Shown: positions 17,069 through 26,318, counted from the first letter of the stretch. The stretch: DNA of 54,892 bases from an uncultured Candidatus Sumerlaeota bacterium (GCA_964503545.1 CAZDAI010000002.1:1-54892); one strand, 5' to 3'. Notes: a model not told the origin generated them from the sequence alone. A program made the numbers and translations.

Positions 17069-18460
17069 TTGCTGGGCAGGCGAATTCTGAGTGAAGATGA
17101 AAAACTGGCGATTATGGAACGCTGTCGCTACGAGTGCTATATCTGCCGCGGTGATATTATCAATCCTGATGAAGCAGAGTTTGTCCACGTTGTCCCCCTG
17201 GATCAGGGCGGGACTTTTTCTCTGGAAAATTACGCTCCCCTGCACAATTACTGTTTTCTCAAGGCTGCCGAGCAAGAGCTGGATTTTGCCCGGGATGACG
17301 CTCAGATCAATCCTGCTTTTTCTGTGGATTTTGAGCAGATTTTCGAAGTCCGCAGGGCTGCTCCTACGGTGAGCATTGACAAAGAGCGAATGGTGGCATC
17401 AGTGGATGACGAAGCGGTCCCCTTATACCGGTGCCCCAATACCGGTGTTCTCTACTTCTACCATCAGATCCCGGCGGCCTATCTGGAGACGGATGTTGCC
17501 CTGGCTCCCCAAGGGTTGCAGCGGCAGCGGGTGGTGGCGCTAACAGGCCACTTGCGGGAACATCCCCAGTTGAATCCGGTGGTCTGTCGCCTGGATGATG
17601 GTCATTTGCGGGTGATCACCGGGCTGCACCGGGCCGCAGCCCAGTACCTGGGCAACCGGAATCTTAGGATTGACTGCAAAGTACTGGTGGATGGGGAGCT
17701 GAACAAGCTGCGCGAAGCAGAAAAGGCCGTCCGGGGGCACTTGCGCACCCGGCCGCGAAAACCAGCAGACTTGACCGACTGGCTTCTGAGTGAGTTTCGC
17801 CCCCAAATCACGGCCTGGCAGGAAATACACCCGGAAGGGGACCTGAGCGAGGCTGTGATCCTGCAAGGGGTGCTCTCCCTAAAAGAACACCAGGCTTGTA
17901 GAGCCCTAGAAGAGTTTTTGAGTACCTGGCTTACAGCTACGCCCTTCTGGCACGATCTGACGGCTCGCTGCAAGGAAGCTGCAGTGCTGATCCCAGAATC
18001 ACTCGCGCCCATTCTTGTGCGCGGTTTCATGCAGACACGACCGGGTCGGGCATCTTTGGAAAGTGCTGCAGATTATCGACAGGAAGAAATGGCCAACATG
18101 CAGGACCTGCTGGGTATTCTGCTGGAAAACGGTCTGTTTGCCGTGCGTGAACGACTCCCGTTTATGCCGGCACTCCTTCAGACCCAACTGCGGGAGGCAG
18201 GGGTCATCCTGTGGACAGGTTTGCTGGCGGATGCCTTCCGGATTGTCCTCCAGCGCAACCCGGACACAGGCATTGCCTATGGACCACCCCTTGTGCCATT
18301 GGAAAAAATTCGGATGCGCCGCATCACCCAGAACCTGTTCGGTCATCCTTTCTGGCAGGATCTGGACCTGGATCGGGCATTGCGCCAGGAGGATCATCTC
18401 TACCTGGAAAAAGCCCGGGAAAAATGGGGGATCAGTCATCAGCATCTGTTACGGGCTTAA
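17069..18460 (+). CDS. HNH endonuclease domain fused to ParB/DGQHR-like domain and a long helical C-terminal region
   Basis: TTG start 8 nt after AAGGGGG. N-terminal CYICRGD...FVHVVPLDQGG...LENYAPLHNYC (CxxC...H...N...HxxC). Residues ~165-205 read QLNPVVCRLDDGHLRVITGLHRAAAQYLG (ParB/Srx, DGQHR-like). Confidence 0.6.
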   Translation: MLGRRILSEDEKLAIMERCRYECYICRGDIINPDEAEFVHVVPLDQGGTFSLENYAPLHNYCFLKAAEQELDFARDDAQINPAFSVDFEQIFEVRRAAPTVSIDKERMVASVDDEAVPLYRCPNTGVLYFYHQIPAAYLETDVALAPQGLQRQRVVALTGHLREHPQLNPVVCRLDDGHLRVITGLHRAAAQYLGNRNLRIDCKVLVDGELNKLREAEKAVRGHLRTRPRKPADLTDWLLSEFRPQITAWQEIHPEGDLSEAVILQGVLSLKEHQACRALEEFLSTWLTATPFWHDLTARCKEAAVLIPESLAPILVRGFMQTRPGRASLESAADYRQEEMANMQDLLGILLENGLFAVRERLPFMPALLQTQLREAGVILWTGLLADAFRIVLQRNPDTGIAYGPPLVPLEKIRMRRITQNLFGHPFWQDLDLDRALRQEDHLYLEKAREKWGISHQHLLRA

Positions 18461-18607
18461 AGCGTGATTGTATACATGCTTGAAAAATGTTTTTTCTTTG
18501 AGAGGAATTTTTCAGCGGTGGGCGAATAATACCAATAGGCACGTCGCGCTTTTTGCGCTTAGGTCTAGCAAATAAGAGGCAGGCAAAATTAAAGGAGGTT
18601 GATATTT

Positions 18608-19810
18608 GTGTCCAAGTATGCTCATCTGTATTCCGGGATGATGAAAGGTGTTAAACCGTCCAAAATGAACGAAATTTTGGCAAAGCAGAAACCCGGAGCC
18701 ATCCATCTGTCCGGCGGTTTCCCCGATCCCAACTATTTCCCTCGGGAAGAGATCAAGGAAATCACCAATTATGTTATGGACAACGAAGCAGCAGCTGCAC
18801 TCCAGTACGGCGATCCCGCCGGTTACCGCAAGTTGCGGGAACATGTTGTGGAAATCGCGAATTCCAAAAACCAAAAAGCCGCTTTGGAGAATGTGATGAT
18901 CGTCAACGGCTCCACCGAGTCCTTCTCTCTGATGTGCAAAGTATTCGTAAACCCGGGCGACTACATTATCGTTGAAGAGCCCACCTATTCCGGTGCCATT
19001 GCATCCTTTAGAGCCCATGGCGCCAACATGCTCCCTGTTCCCATTGATGATGATGGTGTGATTCCTGAGAAAGTGGAAGAAGTTCTGGCTGCAAAAAAAG
19101 CAGAAGGAATCCAAGTCAAATTCATGTACATTCTGCCCAACTACCAGAATCCGGCTGGCGTTTCCCTGAGTCTTGAGCGCCGCAAACAGTTGCTGGAAAT
19201 TGCTAAAAAGTATGGCGTGATCATCTTTGAAGATGATGCCTACATTGAATTCCGCTACGAAGGGGAAGAACTCCCCACCATTAAGTCCATGGATGAAGAT
19301 GGTCTGGTTGTCTACACCACCACTTTCTCCAAAACATTTGCTCCTGGAACCCGTATCGGCTGGGTTGTAGCTGATCCGGAAATCGTCAAAGGCCTGGTAA
19401 TGGGCAAAGCCGTTACTTCCCTGATGTCCAGCCCGCTGACGCAGGCTCTGGCAGCTGAATTCAGTATCCGTGGCTATTTGGCTAAGCATGTAGAGAACTC
19501 CAAGAAACTCTACAGCACACGGAAAGATGCTATGCTGGCTGCTCTGGAAAAACATATGCCGGAAGGCGTTGTCTGGACCAAACCCAAAGGCGGTTACTTC
19601 CTCTGGGTGACTGTTCCTGAGCATGTAGACGGCGTAAAAATGCTGGAAAAAGTAGTCGAAGCCGGCGTTTCCTACCGGCCCGGTCCCTCGTTCTATCCCG
19701 ATGACAGCAAGGGTTGGAATCAGGCGCGCCTCTGCTTCACCACAGTTGACGAAGCAGCCATTGACAAAGGCATCAAGCTCTTTGCTGATGTCATCAGAGA
19801 ACTGCTCTAA
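18608..19810 (+). CDS. PLP-dependent aminotransferase, class I/II
   Basis: GTG 18608, 9 nt after GGAGG. YQNPAG. PLP-Lys context TFSKTFAPGTRIGW. Confidence 0.85.
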   Translation: MSKYAHLYSGMMKGVKPSKMNEILAKQKPGAIHLSGGFPDPNYFPREEIKEITNYVMDNEAAAALQYGDPAGYRKLREHVVEIANSKNQKAALENVMIVNGSTESFSLMCKVFVNPGDYIIVEEPTYSGAIASFRAHGANMLPVPIDDDGVIPEKVEEVLAAKKAEGIQVKFMYILPNYQNPAGVSLSLERRKQLLEIAKKYGVIIFEDDAYIEFRYEGEELPTIKSMDEDGLVVYTTTFSKTFAPGTRIGWVVADPEIVKGLVMGKAVTSLMSSPLTQALAAEFSIRGYLAKHVENSKKLYSTRKDAMLAALEKHMPEGVVWTKPKGGYFLWVTVPEHVDGVKMLEKVVEAGVSYRPGPSFYPDDSKGWNQARLCFTTVDEAAIDKGIKLFADVIRELL

Positions 19811-19817
19811 AAAATGC

Positions 19818-19850
19818 GGAAGGATCCGGTGCAAACCGGATCCTTCTTTC
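19818..19850 (+). terminator. Rho-independent terminator
   Basis: GGAAGGATCCGGT-GCAA-ACCGGATCCTTC followed by TTTC. Confidence 0.75.
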
Positions 19851-19879
19851 ATCCTGGCGCAGAGGCAGACCGCAACAGG

Positions 19880-20311
19880 ATGGAGGTGAATGTCGTGAAC
19901 AACCGGATACAAAAACAGCTTGAAGAAATGCAACGGATCCGCCAGCATGCCTACAGCATTCTGGCCAAACTCCCAGACGAAGCACTCCTGGCGAGCGATC
20001 CTGAAACCAAGCGTTCTGTGCGGCAACTCTTAAGCCTCTACTTCAGTCACGAACGAAATCACATCGTTCAGGTGCAAAAAACTCGCCGGACACTGGGAAG
20101 TCATCCCAGCGAAGTGCAGATGCTCCTTGCCCAGGCTGATCAGTCCCGGGGCGACCTGCTGGCTGCTTTGGCAGGTCTGACCGACGCTGAATGGGGGCAA
20201 AAACCAGCAGAAAATGCCTGGAGCATTCAAGAGATTCTAGAACATCTCATGGAAACTGAAAATCGTCTTTTGGCACGGATTATCACATTGGCCGAGCCAC
20301 CTGCCCAATAA
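19880..20311 (+). CDS. DinB-family (DinB_2-like) metal-dependent protein
   Basis: ATG 19880 or GTG 19895 (GGAGG upstream). FSHERNHIVQ and WSIQEILEHL helices. The 5' part of the track ORF covers the preceding terminator. Confidence 0.6.
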   Translation: MEVNVVNNRIQKQLEEMQRIRQHAYSILAKLPDEALLASDPETKRSVRQLLSLYFSHERNHIVQVQKTRRTLGSHPSEVQMLLAQADQSRGDLLAALAGLTDAEWGQKPAENAWSIQEILEHLMETENRLLARIITLAEPPAQ

Positions 20312-20408
20312 ACAGCTGCCGGGTAACCCCCGGCTCTTTCTTATGGTATGACAGGATTTGGTCGAAAGAAAGGGAAATATAGAGGAAAACCAATGTGGGA
20401 GGATAACG

Positions 20409-21338
20409 ATGGATTTCAAACTGTACCCCCGACCACCCTACAATTATGACCTGATGCTCCATTATCTGCAGCGCAGCGATCTGGAGAGTGTGGATCGTGT
20501 GCAGGACGGGGTATTTCGGACGCTACTGCGCAAAGAAGGGCGTTCGCTGCTGGTGTCTGTCTGGAGTACAGGTACCGTGTCCCAGCCCTGTCTGGAGGGC
20601 TGTCTAGCGGGGGAAATTGAAAGTGATGCCGATCGTGAATGGATTTGCGCCCACCTGGAGCGGCGTTTTCATTTGCAGGATGATGCCCTTGCCTTTTATC
20701 ACCAGCTGGCGGGGGATAAACCCCTGGCTCCCCTGCTGGACACTTTTTACGGCTTAAAACCTGTGGGCTCTGCATCCTTGTACGAAGCGTTGAGTTGGGC
20801 GATTCTGGGGCAGCAGATCAATATCCGGTTTGCCTATATGCTCAAGAAAACCCTTGTGGAGCTGACAGGAGCACGTCTGGCAGCTGACGGTGAAATATAT
20901 TTTGCTTTTCCTGAACCCCAGGCTGTAGCAGCCCTTTCGTATGATGATCTGACCGCCCGGCGTTTTTCACGCCGAAAAGCCGAGTATCTGATCGATCTGG
21001 CGCGCCAGGTGGAATCAGGTGCGATTTGCCTGGAGCAGCTTCTTAGCCGAGAGCCTGATGCTGTACTGGTCCAGCTTACCGGGATCCGCGGCATCGGGCG
21101 CTGGACGGCCGAATATGGACTGATGCGGGGTCTGGGGCACCCGGATGTGCTGCCGGCGGCGGATATCGGTCTGCGCAATGCAGTTCAGGTTGTCTATGGG
21201 CTGGCGCAGCAGCCGGATGAGGAGACCGTGCGCCGCATCGGCAGCGGCTGGGCGGGGTGGCGCAGCTGGGTAGCCTTTTACCTGTGGTTTTACCTGGCTT
21301 ATCGCCGCCGTGATCCCTCAGAAGCCGACAATGGCTGA
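20409..21338 (+). CDS. alkA: DNA-3-methyladenine glycosylase II family (HhH-GPD)
   Basis: ATG 20409 after a GGGAGG RBS. HhH-GPD region LTGIRGIGRWTAEYGLMRGLGHPDVLPAADIGLRNA. Confidence 0.8.
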   Translation: MDFKLYPRPPYNYDLMLHYLQRSDLESVDRVQDGVFRTLLRKEGRSLLVSVWSTGTVSQPCLEGCLAGEIESDADREWICAHLERRFHLQDDALAFYHQLAGDKPLAPLLDTFYGLKPVGSASLYEALSWAILGQQINIRFAYMLKKTLVELTGARLAADGEIYFAFPEPQAVAALSYDDLTARRFSRRKAEYLIDLARQVESGAICLEQLLSREPDAVLVQLTGIRGIGRWTAEYGLMRGLGHPDVLPAADIGLRNAVQVVYGLAQQPDEETVRRIGSGWAGWRSWVAFYLWFYLAYRRRDPSEADNG

Positions 21339-22147
21339 CAAATCGGACAGAAATGGGTGCCGCGCCCGGCTACACGAATTTTTTCAATGGCGGTTCCACA
21401 CTGGAAGCAGGGTTGCCCGGTACGCTGATAAACCTGCAGGCGGTCCTGATAGGCGCCGGGCCGGCCATCCAGATTCTGATAGTTTTGGACGGATGTACCC
21501 CGATGGCGGATGCCGGCGGCCATGGTGGCCCGGATGGACTGGCACAGTCGCACCCATTCCTGCAGGCTGAGGCTTCCGGCAGGTCTTTGGGGATGAATCC
21601 CCGCCTGATGCAAGCTTTCATCGGCGTAAATGTTGCCAATCCCGGCAGCTGTCTTTTGATCCAGGAGAAAACCTTTCACTGAAATGGTGCGCCCTTTGGC
21701 TCGTTCATGGAGCCATTGGGGGGTAAATTGTGCCGACAGAGGTTCAGGACCCAAAGCACTCAGCCCGGGGACTGCCGAAAGATCATCCACGGCTTGAATC
21801 CCGCCAAAGGTGCGCATATCCATAAACCGCAGCTCCATGGCACGATCTAGCTGCAGGATAATGCGGGTATGGGGATGAACAGGTTCATTTGTTCTGACAT
21901 AGGAAAAACTGCCGGTCATCCGCAGGTGGGCCACCAAACAAAGGCCCTCCGAAAGATAAATGAGCAGATATTTACCCCGGCGGCCAACGGCAGTGATGCT
22001 GCGACCGGTCACAGCCTGATCGAATTGAGCAGGGGTGAGGGGCAGAACCGCTTTTGGCAACAGGATTCGAGTGCCTGTAATGCAGTGGCCGAGTACGGTT
22101 TTTTCCAAACCGCGCCGGATCGTTTCAACCTCAGGCAGTTCTGGCAT
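21299..22147 (-). CDS. mutM: Formamidopyrimidine-DNA glycosylase
   Basis: Starts MPELPEVETIRRGL after a GGAGGAAT RBS. C-terminal zinc finger CFQCG...FCPICQ. Confidence 0.9.
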   Translation of the reverse strand: MPELPEVETIRRGLEKTVLGHCITGTRILLPKAVLPLTPAQFDQAVTGRSITAVGRRGKYLLIYLSEGLCLVAHLRMTGSFSYVRTNEPVHPHTRIILQLDRAMELRFMDMRTFGGIQAVDDLSAVPGLSALGPEPLSAQFTPQWLHERAKGRTISVKGFLLDQKTAAGIGNIYADESLHQAGIHPQRPAGSLSLQEWVRLCQSIRATMAAGIRHRGTSVQNYQNLDGRPGAYQDRLQVYQRTGQPCFQCGTAIEKIRVAGRGTHFCPICQPLSASEGSRRR

Positions 22148-22252
22148 GGTATTCCTCCGTTCATGGACGGACCCGTGCGGGTCTGATATAATGATTCTGC
22201 AAATAGTATACAATGATTTGCCGACGTTCACCAGCAGAAAGGGCTGAGAAGG

Positions 22253-23143
22253 GTGAAAACAGTAGCAACCTATTCCATCGCAGCAGTTGATCCAACGACA
22301 CACGAAGTGGGTGTGGCTGTCCAGTCAAAGTTTTTGGCAGTGGGAACGGTAGTCCCTTGGGTTCAGGCGGGAGTTGGGGCGATTGCCACCCAGGCCTGGG
22401 CCAATACGGGATATGGGCCGGCCGGATTGACCTTGATGCAAAAAGGGCATACACCAGAACAGGTCCTTGACATTCTGACCAGCACCGATGAAGGCCGGGA
22501 CCGCCGGCAGATCGGTGTGGTCAGTGTTTCCGGTAAAGGCGCTGCCTATACGGGCCAGTCTTGTACTGCCTGGGCCGGTCATGTGACAGGCGATGGCTTT
22601 GTCTGCCAGGGTAATATTCTGGCCTGTGCTGAGGTGGTGGAAAAGATGGCAGCAGCATATCAAACTGCAGCAGGGGACCTGAGTCAGCGGTTGTTGGCTG
22701 CGTTGGATGCAGCCCAGGCTGCAGGGGGAGATGCGCGGGGTATGCAATCGGCAGCCTTGGTTGTGGAAAAACCCAAGGGTGGTTATGGCGGTTTCAACGA
22801 CCGGTTTGTGGATCTGCGGGTGGATGATCATCCTGAACCTTTGAAAGAACTGCGCCGGATTTTTCAGATTCACCGGTTGTATTTCTATCCCAGTGATCCC
22901 GCTCGACTGATGCGGCTGGAGGGGGCGGTAGTCAGAAAGATCCAGACCATTTTAGTTCACCTCGGAATGCTCAGGGACGAGTGTCAAGGCGAGCTGAACA
23001 AAGAGACATGGGAGGCCTTGAATTGCTTTATGCATCGCGAGAATTTTGAAGGTCGCATCCAGCCTGAACCTTGGCTGGATGGCGAAGTGTATGAATACAT
23101 GCTGAGCCGGTGGGACAAAGTGCAAAAGGAGGTTGCCGGATGA
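22253..23143 (+). CDS. DUF1028 (Ntn-hydrolase-like) protein with C-terminal peptidoglycan-binding-like repeat
   Basis: GTG start. TYSIAAVDPTTHEVGVAVQSKFLAVG is typical of DUF1028. The C-terminal ~70 aa resemble PG_binding_1. Confidence 0.7.
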   Translation: MKTVATYSIAAVDPTTHEVGVAVQSKFLAVGTVVPWVQAGVGAIATQAWANTGYGPAGLTLMQKGHTPEQVLDILTSTDEGRDRRQIGVVSVSGKGAAYTGQSCTAWAGHVTGDGFVCQGNILACAEVVEKMAAAYQTAAGDLSQRLLAALDAAQAAGGDARGMQSAALVVEKPKGGYGGFNDRFVDLRVDDHPEPLKELRRIFQIHRLYFYPSDPARLMRLEGAVVRKIQTILVHLGMLRDECQGELNKETWEALNCFMHRENFEGRIQPEPWLDGEVYEYMLSRWDKVQKEVAG

Positions 23144-24819
23144 CCAGGAGTGAACGCAGAGAAGTATGGGAGAAACTGGTGCAGACCGGGGTGCTGGATC
23201 GCCAGAGAATCAGTAAGACGGTTGCTCATTGGTGGAGCCGTGCTCATGAATTGGGGGCAAATCCCTACCAGCCGGATCCGCAAATACTGCTTACTCCCGA
23301 TGATCTGGAGGAGCGGCGCTTTGTCCGCCGGGAGATGATGGAAGCCCTCAAACCGGTCCTGGATAATCTGGTCGACTCTTTGGCCGGTAATCCCTATGTT
23401 CTGGGGGTAGCCGATGACGAAGGTTTCATGTTGGAAGTCAGGGGCGATGCAGAGAGCTTGGAAAATGCCAAGAACATTCTGATGGTTCCTGGAGCTAATC
23501 ATCAGGAACGCTATATGGGCAACAACCCCATTGGCACCGCACTCTTTCAGAAAGAACCGGTATACATTCAGGGTGGAGAGCACTATTGCCTCATGATGAA
23601 GGGCTGGACCACAGTGGGGGTTCCCATTCGGGATCGTCTTGGGCGGGTGATCGGTGCTGTCGGGTTGGCTACACCCCGGCGGCTGGCCAGTACCAATATT
23701 TTTCTTACGGCTGTCTTTGCCATTCAGAGTATGGAAAGCCGCCTGATTACTGGAGCCAATCCGGAGATGGAAGGGATTCGGGAACATTTTTACCGCAAAA
23801 GCAATCTCTTTATTACGGTATTGGATCGGGAGGGCCGCATTCGCGATTTTAACCGACCGGTCAGTGCCATCAGCGGTAAATTACGAGAAGAGCTGATCGG
23901 CCAGTATATCTGGGATGTCTGGTATGGCGGAAAAATTCGCAATGAAAAAGGGGAATATCTCGCCAGTTCGGTGGAATCCCTGATGACAGGCCGCTATATC
24001 CGTGGCCGTGAGTTTCATCTGCAGGACCGGGAGGGAATGACCCGCTGGTTTATCATCGACAGCATGCCGTTATACGATGGCGAAGGGCAAATCAATGGCT
24101 CCATGTCGATTTTGGAGGATATCACTGAAAAAAAATACCTGGAGAGTCAGATCTACCGCTCCGAGAAACTGGCCACCCTAGGCCAGCTGGCAGCATCTTT
24201 GGCACACGAAATCCGCAATCCCCTAACTGTAATCCAGGGGTTTGTTCAAATGCTGGAAAGTAACTACGGAGACGATTCCATGCGAGAGTTTATCCCTCTG
24301 ATGATGGATGAGCTCCAACGAGTTAATCGACTGCTCAACGAATTTCTCCTCTTTGCCAAGCCCTCAGCACCGGTGCTGGCAGAGATCAATATGAAGGACC
24401 TGATTGATTCTGTGACCGAGTTTATGCGCGGGGAAGCCTCCCGTCGTCACTGTCGCTTCCAGGTTGCTGTCAAGGGCGATGACTTTATGGTGCGGGTGGA
24501 TGAGCAGCAGCTGCGCCAGGTATTTGTTAATTTGATCCAGAATGCAATCGATGCTTCAGGAGACGGGGAATCGATTCGCATCACTTTGGATGGTCAGGAT
24601 GATGGTATCGTTTTGATTCAAATCGCCGATGACGGTGCGGGAATTCCTGAAGAGAATCTCTCCAAAGTATTTGATCCATTCTTTACAACCAAAGAGAATG
24701 GAACGGGGCTAGGTCTATATGCGGTGCATCGGATCGTGGAAAATCACCGGGGCCAGATTGAAGTGACCAGCCGCAGCGGTGGGGGAACAACCATTGAGAT
24801 TCGTCTGCCGCGTACCTAA
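23140..24819 (+). CDS. Soluble sensor histidine kinase (GAF-like, PAS, HisKA, HATPase_c), orphan
   Basis: ATG 23140 overlaps the upstream stop (ATGA). H-box SLAHEIRNPL. N, G1 and G2 boxes (NLIQNAIDA, DDGAGI, GTGLGL). No TM segments. No response regulator nearby. Confidence 0.85.
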   Translation: MTRSERREVWEKLVQTGVLDRQRISKTVAHWWSRAHELGANPYQPDPQILLTPDDLEERRFVRREMMEALKPVLDNLVDSLAGNPYVLGVADDEGFMLEVRGDAESLENAKNILMVPGANHQERYMGNNPIGTALFQKEPVYIQGGEHYCLMMKGWTTVGVPIRDRLGRVIGAVGLATPRRLASTNIFLTAVFAIQSMESRLITGANPEMEGIREHFYRKSNLFITVLDREGRIRDFNRPVSAISGKLREELIGQYIWDVWYGGKIRNEKGEYLASSVESLMTGRYIRGREFHLQDREGMTRWFIIDSMPLYDGEGQINGSMSILEDITEKKYLESQIYRSEKLATLGQLAASLAHEIRNPLTVIQGFVQMLESNYGDDSMREFIPLMMDELQRVNRLLNEFLLFAKPSAPVLAEINMKDLIDSVTEFMRGEASRRHCRFQVAVKGDDFMVRVDEQQLRQVFVNLIQNAIDASGDGESIRITLDGQDDGIVLIQIADDGAGIPEENLSKVFDPFFTTKENGTGLGLYAVHRIVENHRGQIEVTSRSGGGTTIEIRLPRT

Positions 24820-24986
24820 AAAGTCGCGGAGGAGTATAAGGGACGTTGGGCATATGGGATCTGCCAGCGGTTGCAATAGGTATGCAAAGACCGGGAAACG
24901 ATAACTTGATGGTTGGTCTTTTCGGCATTGCATACACTTTCCAATGCCATTGATACGATTATTTTAATAATGCATCGTCTAAAAAA

Positions 24987-25017
24987 GCGAGGTTTGATGG
25001 GCAACCTCTCTTTTTTG
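24987..25017 (+). terminator. Rho-independent terminator ~170 nt downstream of the kinase gene
   Basis: GAGGTT-TGATGGGCA-AACCTC followed by TCTTTTTT. Confidence 0.6.
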
Positions 25018-25150
25018 TTGCAGAGTAAAAATTTATCTGTTGGTATTCTAACCTGATTCTTGTGGGTATATAATGGCCTTAGATAGAGGATGCGAAAGGA
25101 TTTTGCCCATCGTCGACTGAAACAACAGATTTCGAAATGGGGGGTTCCCG

Positions 25151-25918
25151 ATGACTGGAGGGATTTCTTGGGTTCATGCTGCAGGATGGGGGATAATAGC
25201 AGGCAGTGCATTATTGATCGGTGCCTGGATAGGGATCAAATATGCCATGGGGCAGCGAATGATTGCTGGAATTATAGCATTTGCTGCAGGTGTGCTCATA
25301 TCCACACTGACGTTTGAGCTGATGGGAACTGCCAGAGAAATCGGCGGGATACTGCCTGCGATTGCAGGCTTTGCAGGAGGATCTGCCTTATTCACAGCGG
25401 CCAATTACTGGTTAGCCTTATACGGAGCGAAACATCGTAAGCGGTCTCATCTGTCCAATTCTTTAGATAGCGAGGAAACTTTTCGCAACGGTGCTGCAAT
25501 TGCGATTGGTGCTATGATCGATGGAATTCCTGAATCATTGATTATCGGGATTTCACTGTGGATGGGTACCACGATTAGTAGGGTGGCATTGTTGGCGATT
25601 TTCATTTCAAATTTTCCTGAAGGGTTATCCAGTGCTGTGGGCATGAAACAGGCGGGAAAATCAGTACGTTATATTTTGTCTATTTGGGGAACAATCGCTC
25701 TGGTCAATGGTGTGGGGGCTGCGGTCGGTTTCCAGTTCGCGCAAGCCATACTGCCTGTTACCCTGGCAGTAATCTTAGCCGTTGGAGCTGGGGCAATTCT
25801 TGCCATGATCGTGGATACAATGCTGCCGGAGGCCTTTGCAGAGACCCATGACTTTACCGGGATGATAACTGTTATTGGGTTTATTTGCGGTTTCTATCTC
25901 AGCCGGATGCAATTCTAA
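25151..25918 (+). CDS. ZIP-family divalent metal transporter
   Basis: 8-TM-type hydrophobic profile. DGIPESLIIG and SNFPEGL motifs. Confidence 0.75.
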   Translation: MTGGISWVHAAGWGIIAGSALLIGAWIGIKYAMGQRMIAGIIAFAAGVLISTLTFELMGTAREIGGILPAIAGFAGGSALFTAANYWLALYGAKHRKRSHLSNSLDSEETFRNGAAIAIGAMIDGIPESLIIGISLWMGTTISRVALLAIFISNFPEGLSSAVGMKQAGKSVRYILSIWGTIALVNGVGAAVGFQFAQAILPVTLAVILAVGAGAILAMIVDTMLPEAFAETHDFTGMITVIGFICGFYLSRMQF

Positions 25919-26318
25919 GTATATTCGAATGAGATCGAGGCGGTTGCAATGGATCATGTGCATATGTGGGGCTGGTATTATCAGGGTGGGCAGGGCGAAA
26001 GAGCAGCCAAACACGGTAATGAAAAGCTCTTTTATCATCGGCTGGTATATCCTTTCCACGAGCCCTATGAAGCTGCTCTTCTCAGGGTGGGTGTTGATGA
26101 ACACTGGAGCGTGGGCATTCATGTTGGTAGTGAGAATAAACTGGTGATCCAACGACAGGTTTTGGAAGAATAGATGCGTGAAGCAGGTGTTCACATCGAA
26201 AAAGCAATCTATCGAACACAGCTTGCGCCGTTGCCAACGGTGGATGAAGTTTTGCATCATCGCTTCGCAAATCAATATCTCTTGATTCATTCTTTCAGGG
26301 GACGGGGTGGATGGAAAA

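Noticed and set aside
18512-20026. 504-aa minus-strand ORF, the longest unexplained ORF in the track
   Set aside because: It is fully antisense to a clear class I/II aminotransferase (PLP-Lys motif, RBS, terminator). Its composition is rich in F, H and C, I recognised no motif, and it has no RBS. It is a shadow ORF.
24955-24978. ACGAT...ATCGT inverted repeat as a Zur/Fur-type box for the ZIP transporter
   Set aside because: Only 7 of 12 positions pair. It also lies upstream of a terminator and of the best promoter candidate, so it is poorly placed for an operator.
26171-26173. In-frame TAG as possible pyrrolysine recoding
   Set aside because: The flanking ORF resembles no methylamine methyltransferase or any recognisable family. 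There are no Pyl genes in the window. A pseudogene or two small ORFs is the simpler explanation.
25919-26318. M-box (Mg) or yybP-ykoY (Mn) riboswitch upstream of the P-type ATPase
   Set aside because: I could not find the conserved cores I remember for either class (e.g. GGUGAGGCUCC / GUGCUAAAGCUC, or paired GGGGAGUAG / GAGAGACC elements). This needs cmscan to exclude formally.
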